Counted from the first letter of the stretch, positions 50,296 through 64,000 are shown. The stretch: 64,000 bases of DNA from Somniosus microcephalus (GCA_052327205.1 CM126229.1:23808001-23872000), one strand, 5' to 3'. Numbers and translations are program-made. The notes: generated by a model not told the origin, from the letters alone.

Positions 50296-51227
50296 TAGTA
50301 TATTTTCCTTAGCATTGGAATAGTAGGCTCAGATGCCCATGCACACACACGACTGCAAATATTCTTATCAAGACTTTAATTATGGCAGCTAGTCTAAGCT
50401 GAACCCACTACCATTAATATATCAGTCGCATCTCCCTGAATGGCAGATGGGGTCCTGTTTCCTGAGAATGCCGAATCTGATTAGCAGGGAGTTGATATCC
50501 TCATCCTCAGAAAATCGATGAAATATTGAATATTGCGGTGATGCCCGTCAGGACAAGTCTCCAAAGAGTTCAGTGCCAAGATTGCGATCTTATTCAAAGT
50601 GGCTTTTCCTAATGGTAGGAAATACCATGACCAGCTGGTTGTTCAGGATTCCCAAGCCACTTTTCTTCAGGGCATTGTCAGTAGGTTTAACTGGAATTAG
50701 TTTGGAACTGGAACTAGTTTAGTCTTCCATGCTCAATGAAAACTCAATGGATCCAGTGGGACTGTAACGGCTCGGGATCTGTCGAGTTCCAACTAAGATG
50801 TTGGATCATTGCAGCAAAGTCCAGTTTTCTCGAAGACTCATCTTTAGACAGTCAGACTCCACAGACCTCTGTCTTTCAGGCTGCCTTTGTCATTCCTAGC
50901 TTAGGCATTGATTGTGGATCTGCTTTTGATCAGTATTAGCTTTCTGCAAAACTCCTTGCAAGTTTTTTTCCCAAAAAATGCCAAACCGTGAAAACTATTC
51001 CAAGGCTTCTTCCCCAAAGCACTCTTGTACATAAAAGACTGAGAGCCCTGAAGCTTCACATCCGAATTGCATTTGTGCATCGATGCAGCATCCTCCGAAG
51101 AACTAGACTTTTCCAAGTGCGGAAGAGCAATAGTCACATGATTGTGAAGATGTGAAGGGTTTAGCTCTGCAAATGATTCTTGTTGCTATGATGACCCCAT
51201 ACCTATGGTATGTAGAGAGTAACTTAA

Positions 51228-51989
51228 GAGCGCCACACAAGTACCAGGCAATGACTATCTCCAAGAAGCAAGAATCTAACCACTTATCCTTGACATTCAA
51301 CGGCATTACCATCGCCGAATACCCCACCATCAACATCCTGGGGGGTCACCATTGACCAGAAACTTAACTGGACTAGCCACACACATACTGTGGCAACAAG
51401 AGCAGATCAGAGGCTGGATATTCTGCGGTGGGTGTCTCACCTCCTGATTCCCCAAAGCCTTTCCACCATCTATCTACAAGGCACAAGTCAGCAATGTGAT
51501 GGAATATTCTCCTCTTGCCTGGATGAGTGCAGCTCCAACAACACTCAAGAAGCTCGACACCATCCAGGACAAAGCAACCCGCTTGATTGGCACCCCATCC
51601 ACCACCCTAAACATTCACTCCCTCCACCACCGGTGCACCATCTAAAAGATGCACTGCAGCAACTCACCAAGGCTTCTTCGGCAGCACCTCCAAAACCCGT
51701 GACCTCTACCACCTGGAAGGACAAGGGCAGCAGGTGCATGGGACCACCACCACCTGCAAATTCCCCACCAAGTTACACACCATCTTGACTTGAAAATAAA
51801 TCGCTGTTCCTTTATCGTCGCTGGTCACAATTCTGGAACTCCTTCAGTAACAGCACTGTGGGAGTACCTTCACCACACAGACTGCAGTGGTTCAAGAAAG
51901 TGGCTCACCACCACCTTCTCAAGGGCAATTAGGGATGGGCAATAAATGCTGGCCATGCCAGTGATGCCCACATCCCAGAAACAAAAAAA
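51228..51989 (+). mobile_element. CR1/L2-superfamily LINE 3' fragment (same family as 12668-15024)
   Basis: SNHLSLTFNGITIAEYPTINILG; tail ttcaagaaagtggctcaccaccaccttctcaagggcaattagggatgggcaataaatgctgg. Confidence 0.85.
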
Positions 51990-52371
51990 TAGCATGACTA
52001 CTTTGTGGAGCCTTGTGCTAGTATGAATTGCATGCTTCTCGAACTCTGACAAGCCAATTATTCTCTAGTCATAAGCAGGAAATACTCAGCAGGACTAACA
52101 TCGCCACAAGGCAAAAGCTGACCAGCCAAGCGCACAATGTTTCAACAGCTGTTTACTCTCTATTCAGATCATCCAGTGATGTCAAGCCACTAACTTGTGG
52201 ATAAGAATATAATTTTGATGGTACTTCGAGGATTGTCATCACCTTTTGAATCCTCCAAATACACAACGAATTCTCTTGGTTTCACGTGAGCATTTCTTTT
52301 GCTACCAGTATAAGCTTGTAACCTTTTTCACATCAGAACATGAAAAGAACAACCTTCATGTTCCTACCTAC

Positions 52372-52825
52372 GGTGTCAGCCATGAATCAGTGGTAGCACT
52401 CTCGCCTTTGAGTCAGTAGGTTGTGGGTTCAAGTCCCACTCCATAGACTTGAACATAATCCAGGCTGACACTCCAGTGCAGTACTGAGGGAGTGTTGCAC
52501 GGTCGGAGGTCCTGTCTTTCGGATGAGATGTTAAACCGAGGCCACGTCGTCCCTCTCAGAGGGACATAAAAGAAGAGCAGGGGAATTCTCCCTCGTGTTT
52601 TGGCCAACATTTATCCCCCAACCAGCATCACTAAAACCGATTATCTGGTCATTATCGCATTGCTATTTGTGGGGCCTTGCTGCACACACATTGGCTGCTG
52701 CGTTTCCTACTTTACAACATTGAGAATTTTTTTTCTTTACATTACAACTGTGACTACACTTCAATACTTCATTGACTGTGATGCACATCCTGAGGTCGTA
52801 AAAGGCGCTATATAAATGCAAGTCT
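52372..52825 (+). mobile_element. tRNA-derived Deu-domain SINE (SacSINE1-like)
   Basis: Box B gggttcaagtccc, core cagtgcagtactgagggagtg...tctttcggatgagatgttaaaccgaggcc, L2 tail aaggcgctatataaatgcaagtc. Confidence 0.8.
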
Positions 52826-55800
52826 TTTTCTTTTCACCTAAATGAGGGGAAAGCTTCAAGACCGGCCCTTCGGACAGCAGCAGTTCTCATTCAGTGGTGT
52901 CCAGCTGTAACTCCCATGGATATCTCATTCATCGGGCATAGACTGCAGACTCCTGGCACTTGTACTGCTCCCAGAGCAGTGTTTTCTGGCTTTCAGAAGC
53001 AGTTGGAATTGTTCAACCTCGGGCCATGGAATCACCGGCCAACTCGCACCAGTTCTCCTCCTTCAGCTGGAGAATACATTTGGAAAAACATGGGCTGACC
53101 TAAATTCTCAGAGAATTTGGATGGGTCCTCGGAAGACTATAATCTACGAGCGGAATGGCTAGTCATGTAGCATTTCCTGCTCCTCTCAGATTCTAGCAAC
53201 CAGGTAAAGGTGTCAAGATCATTGTGACCAAAACAATTTGAGGGCCCTTTCCAACCTTCCACTAATCACAGTTGTTATTCAGATACTTGGTATTGAGGTA
53301 CTTAAAAGTCTGCAGTAACAAATGAGTTTTTCACACTGGTACTGAGATAGAGGAAACCCAGCCAATTAATGCCGCATCCTCGGAAGAACTGAACTTGTCC
53401 AAGTGCAGAAGAATAATAGTCACATGATAATGAGTGAAGTGAATGGTTTAGCTCTTACCAAGTGATTCTTGTTGCTGTGATGACCCCATAGCCATGATAT
53501 GTAGAGAGTAACTTTAATTCAAAGAATAAAAGGCATGCTGTGCCAAAAGGTGAGTCATCTACTCTTGGTCAATGGGAATTAAAGCATGACTACTTTGTGG
53601 AGCCTTGTGCTCGTATGAGATTGCATGCTTCTCAAACTCTTGTCAAGCCAGTTGTCAGCAGGAAATACTTGGCAGGATCTTGTTGAATACGATACAAATG
53701 CATGCTTTGAAGGTGCTGCAAAGGCTGTTTTAGAGGGGGTATAACTACAAGGTAAAAGAACATACTTTTGTACAGGGGTTGGATTTCTGAAGTATATAAT
53801 TTGCTCATATAAATGGATAATGACTTGGCTTGTAGATTAGTAGTCCGTGTTACGTGAGGTTGCGCTGGCTGGGCAGAAATCATCAGTGTGGAGTTTGTGG
53901 AGAGAGGATTATTCCAGTGCCACAGGTTTCTCCACCTCCTTGCCATTTGTAATTATTTTTCATAAAAAGATACAAATTTCACTTGCTTGAAGCTGCTTTT
54001 TAGTTTTGGCTTTAATCAGTAGTAAGGGTGTGTGTATACTGAATTGCTGCATAATAAGTGTTATAAAAGATGCTACTTAGTGCTCTTGATTGTCATTTGA
54101 TACTGTAGAGCTCCATTATGTGCAACAGTAAGCTTCAGTAATTAGTGAAAAACGCTCTTTACAACACACGGTACCTATTCATGGTGTCAGTTCTGCAGAG
54201 CTGACTGAGGGCGAATGATTTCTACATAGTATCAGCTTGTACAAATAAAGCAGGGTAATGAAGAGTGACGGACGCCATTAATTTAACAACAATTAAGATT
54301 ATGCGATTAAATGATCAGGATACACTTGTTACTTTATACTGCTGACTATTAAGAACTGTCTGTGTGATGCAGAAAGCAATGAATGATGCGTTGGGTTGTG
54401 CAAGCACGGAGGGGTGGAGAGTGATTTCCCACCTGATTAAAAACAGCGGTCTAAGTTCCCATGTCATGTTAAGATTGTACATTAGGCACTGGCCTTTTTC
54501 TTTCAGAAGCTGAATTCATATTCCCATCTATGTATGCTGAGGCTACCTCATGCTATTGGGTAGAGCTATTTAAATACCAACAAATAATAGTGACCCTATT
54601 CAGTACTGCTCATTGGGGAAAGTTCCAAGATTATATTACAATAAAGTAACTTTGACCGTGAGATTTTAAATAATCCATAGACATTTAATCACTTTACATA
54701 GAAACGTCTACATCACATATTTTATCATTCTAAAAGCTCAGAAGTACCATCAAGTGGCAGAGGAAATGATTTGAAAGTGTTGCATTAAATGGAGTAGTTT
54801 TCATCTCTGGTCCAGGTTACATATGTACAGGTATCTTGATCTAACCGTGGAAGTGTGTCTCTCTCTCTCTCCATCCCCAGACTTGGTATTAATCTAATTC
54901 CTTTGTAGTTAACCATGTCTTCTAAGAATGGACACAGCTGAAACTGCCTATACATATGGAAAGTTGATTTATATTCTGAAAGTGCAGGCTATTTATAGCT
55001 GGGGAAATAATGCTGAAAGGAGATATGTACAAGGGAGAGGTCAATATGATTTTTTAAATCATGTGTATGCTGCTGTTTTATGTCAAATACAGAGCTTTGA
55101 TATTCAGTCCTTCAGGATTAGCAGCAAAAATACTGAAGGACTGAGCTTTGAAGCTCCATATTGGGCATAAAATTGCACCAGTAAACATTTTTTGATTCCT
55201 ATCGACTGCTAATCTGATACCCTATGTTATTGCTTCTATAAATATCTACGCGGCACATTAAAGTAATGTGGCTCGTTAAAGAATGCGTTTAGCTCCTAAA
55301 CACCGTGGAGCATTAACTCCCACTGTTGCATGGAATCAGTGTAAATTTGGTCCTCTATGGGTTTCCTTTGGCTTTATAAACTGCTCAACATTTTGTTCAC
55401 TCTGCTATCTGAAAAATGTTCAGTAGGAATCAATTTTCTTGAATGCAATTTTGATGTGATACAGCAATTTCCCCAAGAAAAGCTTGGTTATAGAATGATA
55501 CTGGACATAGTATACAGAATAATATAGCCCCAACACACTTCTGATATAATCAAAGTGATGGATGACGGTCTAAACCACAAGAATGCAGCTCAAGGGCTCA
55601 TTCCAATCGGCATTAACTGTCGTCTGTTCAGATTGGGGGTCGAATTGGAGGATATATACATTCACAATCTTGGTTCTCCTTTCCCTGCATGTTTATTGAG
55701 TTGCACTGTTCCTGTGCAGTTCTTCCCCATCAACATTTTCTTGCATTCTCCGTGCTCCTAATTCAAGATTAATGACGAGCAAAGCTGTGGAGTTGGTTAT

Positions 55801-58800
55801 TTTTGCCCCCCTCTGGTAATGGTGATGTGATGGTGCTCGGGTTTTTCCATGCCGTGCTTCTCTCTCGCTATGTGATGTATAGTGTTTATACCACACATGA
55901 TGTCAGCTGGAAATAGCTTCCCTCATTTATGGCATCAGAGTTGAAAATTGATAGCGTGGAGAGGAAAGCAGTGATGCCACCAGAAGCAGTCCCCAGTCCT
56001 CATCTGTGTAGTTTGCTCTTGAGATTTTTATCCTTTAATTATCAAGAGTTACAAACCAAATACATAATGTGCAGCGATTGGATAAGGGTTTTATAATCCC
56101 ACTTGTAGAGCTTGACTATAGTACTGTTCAATTCCTTGGTAACTAATCATATTAGCCCAGCTGTGGGATATAAACTGTATTGCATGTCCCCTTCTCATGG
56201 ATAGATCTAGATATTTGTATTTTTTTTAAATTTCTGTCTGGGCACACTTCCCAACCACTTTACTGTGATAAATGTGGCCATAGAAATTTATAATGTAAAC
56301 TTGTCTGTTACTTGCTGTAATTACACTCTTGCAGCGCCACCACTGGCCGGAGGGTATAATTACAGTGATAAGTTGACATGGACAGTTCCATTATAAATGT
56401 GCACATAGGAATTTATGATGGAAATATAAAAATAAAGGCCGAATGTATGATTTTAAAATGGGGGCAGAATTATATCTGCACACTCTTGTCCAATTATCCC
56501 CAGCCCTCTACCCCTGCTTCCACCTGAAGACTACACTTAGTCTCGACTTCCCATGTGAAATGCTACAAATCAACTGGTTCGCGATAAAATATTTATGCAT
56601 TAAAATGAAAATTGGAGCAAATCTTTACCAAATCCAAATTTGTTCTTAACCTGAGCGCTTACAGCTACTATAGAAGTATTGTTCAAACTTTTCTGTGCGG
56701 GGGCCCCCCCAGCATGTATGGACATGCTCCTGGGGACTCCCTGTAATTCCTTTCAAAAGACAGTAAGCTAGCCAAAGATGAACATTGGCTCTCATTGCAG
56801 GAAATATTTTAATTTTAATTGGTGTACAGCAACAGAAGTAACATGATAAGCCAAATGCTGAAATCTGATGACCGCTTGATAGAAATCTGATGATCTCTGG
56901 GGCCTCCTAGGATCGTCTCACAGACCCCAGTTTGAAAACCACTGCTGTAGAGAATACTTCAAGGCTTATTCACGTGATGAAAGTGTGTGGACCCTAGTAA
57001 TAAATGGGCACTGGCTCTACATCTGTATTAGAATCAAAGTCTCTGGAATTGTTCACCTGCCAGAATTACGCATAGTTGTCAGATTTGCAGTATAGTATCT
57101 TGTTGGAAGTTTTGGATCACTTGATGAGTAAGTAATAGAAAATCTTGGTGTTTAGCTCTGTATCCTGTTATGCAGGTCTGGTTCAAAGTGCTTGTCTGTT
57201 TTATCCTAATCTTGTACATCTCATGGTTCTGCTTTATGTTGCTGCTGCTCTGAGCAGGGAATTATTAACAAGTCATGGCATCCTATAATTCTTAGAAGGC
57301 ATGCTTGCCCCTTAATCAGTTCTAATTGTGCATAATATACGTTTGGAAATGAAAGTATCTTTAGTGAGACCTGAGTGCACTGAGAGCTGTAATGTATATT
57401 CACACACCGCATGACCGTTTATGTCTCAAAGTAACTAATAATTTGGTATCGATGCTGGTAGTTAAAGTATCAAAGAGAAAGAAAAACCCCTATAATACAT
57501 CTTTGGGCAGAATCTTAAACGTGCAATCTGTGTGATCAGTGGGCACCCAGTCTGCAAGATTAAACTCCACCCACTACATAAGAGACCCTGTCTATAACTC
57601 TCGCTGTGGTCTAGTGTTTAAATTGCCTATATTTGGGAGTTGACGTCTGAAGTCAGTTGCAGTGAAATTGTGTTTACAGCATGTTACTGGATGTGCCCAA
57701 ATGCCAGTTATAGATGTACTAGGGAAGGGGAAAGAATATAGTAGCATCGAGTACATCACCAGCATTCTTTCACTCGGGAGAAAGATCGTGACTCAATTGT
57801 GTCCTCTTAGTGGATTTTTTTACACGTGAAAGAATAGCACATTTCCTCGCTCGACTATACTGTGTGTTTTAAACTGGTATTAAATTCTCATCTCTCTTTT
57901 TCAGCTGAATTCAAATGAAGGTGTATAACAATTGACTAACCAGTTGGCTAGTGATTTTTTTTTTTATTTGTAAAGAGACGCTAATATTGTTAGGAAAAAC
58001 AGTTGTGTTTGCATGCATATCTATTTATAGCACTCCTACCCTTTTCTCCTCACACCTACTAACCATTCCCAGTTCTTCACCGCCAGCAACATTGTCTGCC
58101 GTTGTAATCTATATCAGCACATTGCCAATGTCTTTATTGTGACGCAGTCTTATTTCTCAGCAGAATGCATCAGGCATGGAGTTCAAGCATGTTGCTCTCC
58201 CTCTCGTCCCAATTTACCACTGAGATTTGTATTCTTGTATAAGTGGAAAATGCTAAAAACTATAGAGAAATCTTTTCTATTTTAGCATAGCCTTTGGCAT
58301 CCATTAAAATGAAGTTTGAAAACCTGACAGATAAAAGACAGGTGGAAGGTGCAGAAATATTTGACATTTATTGAAGGCCAGAATTGCAAATATGAAAATG
58401 GCTGTTCATTGAAGGTCCAATTGTACCAAGACTGCATGTGTTCAATTCCAGCTACATGTAGGCAGCTGAATTATGGTTGTCTGCAGCATTAAATGGGCTC
58501 TGTTTCAAGATAAATGGGATACATTTTTGAAAAATGAACTGTGTTGATGTTCCTGAAGCTGCTGAGTTTGACTCTTGGGGCCATTGTGTTGTTGAAAGTG
58601 TTTGTCCATTTTGGCACCTCCATTCTTAATACTTTTTTTTTGTTTTGTCCAGAGTATTTCCATCTCAATGTCTCAGCAACCATCTGGACCCCAGCCTACT
58701 CAACCTGTCTCTCCCAGCAAATCCTACAACCCTCCTCTTGGTGCTTCTGGTAGTGTGCAGTGTCGCAGGTAAGGAGGCTCTTCCGTTTATTCAGTTTAAA

Positions 58801-61149
58801 CTTTGCACATCCGTGCGTTCAAGGGCATTAAAAATTGATTTTTGCTGGGTAAATGAAATGTGCTCGGCAAGTCTCCGAGTTGGCACTAGCCTTTGGTGTC
58901 GATTAAAAATAGGAACTTTAAACACCCGACAGCTGCACCAAATAAAGTGCGAACGGGAATTTCTGAGAGTGTAAATTAAAAAGTTATTCACTCAAAGGTC
59001 AGCACTGCAAAGTGCCAAAAGTGGCTGTTCATGAAAGTTCATTCGTGCAGCCGCAGACAGAACATTTTTGCCAGCTGCTGTAATGTCACTGATTAAAGTG
59101 TAAATTCGCATGCGTATGTATGCCAAGGCAACCTGCCACGGTGTAAATCCCCGCATCCACCCCTTGCAGAGAGCTTCGGCGAATGATGCTGGACTCCTCG
59201 TCAGCAGGCCTGAGGGTTATCCGGGTTTTGAGAAGGGTAGGGCAGGGTGCCAACGAGGCAGTTTCTGTCAGAGTTAAGAGGTGTTGGAGCGTGAAGGTAT
59301 CCAGAGCCTGAGGAGAATGTAAAAATCGGAGGCCAGAGACTGATAATTGCACATCACTGGTGTGATGGCGGGCGGGAGGGGTCTTGGTACAGTGAAGCAG
59401 CTGTGTCAGACTCTGAGAAGGAGTATGGGAAACTGGCAGTGAGCTTCACAATCTGTATTTCAGGAGGCTCTGTTGGGTTTTATAACCTTGAAGTTTATCT
59501 CCTGTAAGTAGAGTCCTTAGTAAGGTATTTGCAGTGTGATGTATGCTTTATTATATAATATTTTTAAAGCTGAATTCTTCATCAAAACAACAAAATTAAC
59601 TTAATTGTTTTTGAAATTCTGATCGAGAAAGGCTTACGGCCACAAATCCAAAACAAATTTTGAACTCTTGTTTCACTAGCATTTGAACTAATTGAAACAG
59701 CAATGTTGATTTATATTTACTCGGCATTTTGGGAAAATTTAATTTCCGATTTATGGACCAAGACACCGGTGAAGCTATAAAACTGTATACTTTATATTTA
59801 AAAAGAAGCGATGTTTCTCCTGCCACCATCCATCTAATTCCTCCCCGTGGGAATTAAGGCTGTGTTTACATTAACAGCTGTAGTGTTGATGGGAATCTTC
59901 AATACAGTTTTGGGTAAATGCAACTTTTGGAGTGGGGGGCGGCGGGGGGATCGGAGCGAAGTGCAATGAGGCTCCCTGAAAGGCCTCACTACACTTAGAA
60001 GTTAGTTCAGGCCTTGACACCCAATTTGCATTCCACAAGTTTAGGGTCAGTGCAAAGCTGAAGATGTATTTGACACTGACACTAAACTTGTAGTGTGAAT
60101 GCACTGTAAGAGTAGGAATAGATGATTTGGAGGGTGGGGGGGTGGTGGAGGTTGGTGCGAGGAGAAAGAAAGAGAAAAGTGTCAAAAGTTGTTTCTTGTA
60201 TCCACGTGTTTTGTGTACTGCCTGACACGGAAGTATTACACTAAATGGCAGTGTCAGCACGTGGACTGCTATTACTGTATAGAGAATATATGGGCAGCGA
60301 GCGAGTTCAGATAACAAACTGCAAGAGTAAAGCTTGATTTATCATCTGAATCCTTCACCCACTCTTAAGAAATACAACAGTGTTGAAACAATTCATTACC
60401 ATCTCTGGTACTTTCACTGCAAAGACCTTGATCCACTTGATTTACAGGGAATAGTGCTGCTTTATGTATTACACTACTGTAGGCTTGACTGTGTCGTTTT
60501 TTTAAAAAATCTTTTAAGAGGTAAGAAGAACTCTGAAATATAAAGTGGAAACACACAGCAGATCAGTCGGCTTCAGAAAGCCCAATCAGCATTTGGGTGT
60601 GACCCTCGGAAGTGAAGGATTACGCCCAAACATTAATCAACGTTCTAATTTACTTACAACATGAGTGTCTATATGGGCTGATAGATTAAGCTGCCCTGCC
60701 CTTTTAAGAAAACAGTGATCTTTCTACTAGTAGCTTTGAGCTGGCACTGTGTAAATATTAGTTGCTGAATTTAATTTTCTGTTTATTAAAATTAATATGA
60801 CAGTCCCTACTGTTGGGGGTTAATGCAGTTGATTTTAAGATTGGGATCATGATCTACTGATGGCTTTTGATCCCAACAAATTGTTATTAGTAAGATGCTG
60901 ATACAGTATTCACTGGCTGATGAGAACAAGCTTGGGTTCACACATCATGATATTAATCAGCCTGTCACTATGTATCATTTTTATAATGGCCATTTGCATC
61001 TAAATAGTCCATTAATCATTTTGATAGGCAGCGCAATGTTAAAAATAATGAATTCCCAACAGAGTTGGTTGAAGAAGCTTTATTTTCCGATCCTAAAGTT
61101 TAAAGGAGAACTCTTAATATTTTTTCTCTCTCTCTCTCTCTCTCTCTCT

Positions 61150-62627
61150 CACATGGCAGCTGTCTTTCATTCTGCCAGTGCCATTTACACTTCACCTAGA
61201 GCCATCTTTTGTTTCTTAACTTGTCCCATTACCCCATCTCCTTTTGCCTTGCTGCCTGACCTGAGTATTTCCAGCATTTTCTGTTTTTATTTCAGATTTC
61301 CGCAGTATTTTGCTTTTGTCTTAATATTGAGTACCTTTTCTAAAGTACAAAAAGAAAATACTGCCGATGCTGGAAATCTGAAATAAAAACAGAAAATGCT
61401 GGAAAACCTCAGCAGGTCAGGCAGCATCTGTGAAGAGAGAAACAGAGTTAAATTTTCAGGTCGATGACCTTTTGTCAGAACTGGAAAAAGCAGGAGATGG
61501 AACAGATTTTTAAGCAAGTGTAGGGGCTGGGAAATGGGGGAGGGGATGAAAGAACAAAAGGGAAGGTCGGTGATGGGATAGAAGGCAGGAGAGGTTAAGA
61601 GACATTAAGAGATATTCAAGGCAAGAGGAGATGGTAATGGGACAGGTTAAGCAACAAAGGATGGTTCTAGATGAAGTGTAAATTGCGCTGGCAGAATGAA
61701 AGACAGCTGCCATGTGTGGGAGAAGAAAAAAAGACACACAAATATATAGATATAGATATATGATATATAGTTATGATATATAAGGTTATGATCTGAAATT
61801 ATTGAACTCCATGTTGAGTCCGGAAGGCTGTAAAGTGCCTAATCGAAAGATGAGGTGCTGTTCCTCGAGCTTACGCTGAGCTTCAGTGGAACAATGCAAG
61901 AGGCCGAGGACGGTGAGGTCTGAGTGGGAGTGGAGCGGAGAATTAAAGTGACAGGCAACTGGAAGCTCAGGGTCCCCCTTACGGACTGAACGGAGGTGTT
62001 CCGCAAAGCGGTCACCCAATCTGCGTTTGGTCTCCCCAATGTAGAGGAGACCACATCGTGAGCAGCGAATACAGTATACTAGATTGCGAGAAGTACAAGT
62101 AAATCGCTGTTTCACCTGGAAGGGGTGTTTGGGGCCCTGGACAGTGGGAAGGGGGGAGGTATAAGGGCATGTGTTGCACCTCCTGCGCTTGCACGGGAAG
62201 GTGCCAGGGGAAGGGGTGTTGGGGGTGATAGTGGAGTGCACAAGGGTGTCGCGGAGGGTGCGGCCCCTACGGAATGCTGAAAGGGGAGGTGAGGGGAAGA
62301 TGTGTTTGGTGGTGGGATCACGCTGGATGTAGCGGAAATGGCGGAGGATGATCCGTTGAATGTGGAGGCTGGTGGGGTGAAAGGTGAGGATAAGGGGAAC
62401 TCTGTCGTGGTTCCGGGAGGGAGGGGCAGGGGTGAGGGCAGAAGTGCGGGAGATAGAACGGACACGGTCAAGGGCCGTGTCAACCACTGTAGAGGGGTGT
62501 CCTCGGTTGAGGAAAAAGGAAGACATGTCGGAAGCACTGGTATGGAAGGTGACATTGTCAGAGCAGATGCGGCGGAGACAGAGAAACTAGGAGAATGGAA
62601 TAGAGTCCTTACAGGAGGCGGGGTGTT
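61150..62627 (-). mobile_element. Penelope-like element: GIY-YIG endonuclease, 3' UTR and inverted terminal copy
   Basis: ORF 61786-62526: NLVYCIRCSRCGLLYIGETKRRLGDRFAEH...EEQHLIFRLGTLQPSGLN; UTR 61346-61720; inverted partial copy 61150-61320. Confidence 0.9.
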
Positions 62628-62687
62628 CCTCAAAAATGTAATGCTTTTGTTGATGATGTAAATGGAGCTTTAAAGGCTGTACCTAGC

Positions 62688-64000
62688 TAGGGTTGCAAAA
62701 TTCCGGGAATTTTTAAAAGAGGAAACTTTCCATGGGAATTTTGAGTTTTTTTGCACACTGATGGTTTTTGTCTCTGATCCTTATATTATCTTTGTCATCA
62801 AAATAGACATACTGTTCCATACAAATAAAAACAGGCTTTCAAAACTTTATTTAGGTTATAATTTTGAACTTTATTGAACCCCCACAAAAAAGACCCATCT
62901 AAAATAAAATAAAAAGAGCGTCAGCTTATTTAGCCTGTAATTTGTCCTTATTTTGTCCCTTTTGAGTCTTCTACTCATCATTGCTCCTCCTGATTCTCTG
63001 ACTCTGGCTCTGACATGTCCATTTCCTCCTCTGTGTCACTGTCTAGCTGTGTGGTGGACACTTCTGTATCTGGCTCAATAAGTTGTAGGTTCGCCCAGAT
63101 AGCCACCAGTTTCTCCACTCTCTCGTTAGTCAGCCTGTTGCGCACCTTTGTATGCGTATTCCCAAAAAGTGACGAGTTTCGTTCAGAGGCCGCTGATGAA
63201 GGTGGGATTTGGAGTATCACCGATGCAATGGGTGACAGGGCCTCAGATGCACAAAGTCCCTTCCACCAGGTATGTGCACTGATATGCTTGCATGATTCCC
63301 ATATCCCGTCCCCATTCCAAAGACCTTGCTTGGTAGAGAACTTTGCCAGACTTCCCACTTTGCCCATGTCCAGATTGAGGTGGTGTGAGAGGGTAGAAAT
63401 CACACTAAGCGCTGTTGATCTGTTCTCCAGAAAGTATTGGTCTCCCAACATGCTTTGTGTCCAGCATGTATGCTGCAGCATGAATCGGCTTGACACAAAA
63501 TTCTTGAAACGTCTGTATGAATTGAACAATTGCCTTCTCCTCTGCTTTGAGCAGCAGGGATATGGGTAGAGCAATGCTGATTTGTTCTTTTAAATCAGCA
63601 AAAAGCCTGACAACATCTGACAAGACAGCGTCATCTCCTTCAATCTGAGCAATTGCAGATGCTACTGGTGAGAGTAGTTTAAGGCTGCTAACCACTCTCT
63701 CCCAAAACACATCATCCAGCAGTATTTTCTTGATGGTGGTTTCCATATCCCCAGACTGGGATATTGCCATTTCTTGCAGCGACTCCTTACCCTCCAGAAG
63801 GCTGTTGTACATTATGACAACGCCACCCCATCTAGTGTTGCTGGGCAGCTTCAGTGTGGTGTTCTTGTTCTTTGTCGTTTGCTTGGAGTTGTAGGTTGCT
63901 GCAACTACCTGTTTTGCCCTGACATACTTAACAAATTGCTTGGCTCTCTTGTACAGTGTTTCCATGGTTCTCAAACCCATTATGTCCTTGAGGAGCAGGT
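62688..64000 (-). mobile_element. hAT DNA transposon 3' half with frameshifted transposase (continues beyond window)
   Basis: LPSNTRWG, IHAAAYMLD, and dimerisation domain ILQIPPSSAASERNSSLFGNTHTKVRNRLTNERVEKLV; frame break near 63405; terminus tagggttgcaaaattccgggaat at 62688. Confidence 0.85.

Overview
Repeat-rich vertebrate genomic DNA, most likely from a cartilaginous fish (HE1-type V-SINE, Deu-domain SINE, shark-type CR1 and Penelope elements). The + strand carries the 5' half of ATF7IP/MCAF1, the SETDB1 cofactor, as five coding exons (8349-9453, 16711-16761, 20944-21089, 27173-27310, 31769-31849); one intron is GC-AG. The main finding lies in the next intron: a 2268-nt open exon (40358-42625) and a terminal exon (48080-48448, AATAAA at 48492). 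Both are in phase with ATF7IP and encode a ~22-aa repeat array plus a Crypton-type tyrosine-recombinase/DUF3504 domain with a degenerate active site. Splicing them to ATF7IP predicts a 1385-aa isoform that keeps the SETDB1-binding coiled coil and has a domesticated transposon recombinase fold in place of the FNIII domain. The canonical downstream ATF7IP exons were not found and presumably lie beyond the window. The introns also hold tandem non-autonomous Helitrons with a promoter-like cassette, Penelope elements with minimal hammerhead ribozymes, CR1/L2/Rex-Babar/Vingi-like LINEs, SINEs, Tigger-like MITEs, a 42-bp minisatellite and a frameshifted hAT transposase. All family assignments come from motif recognition by eye; no searches were run.
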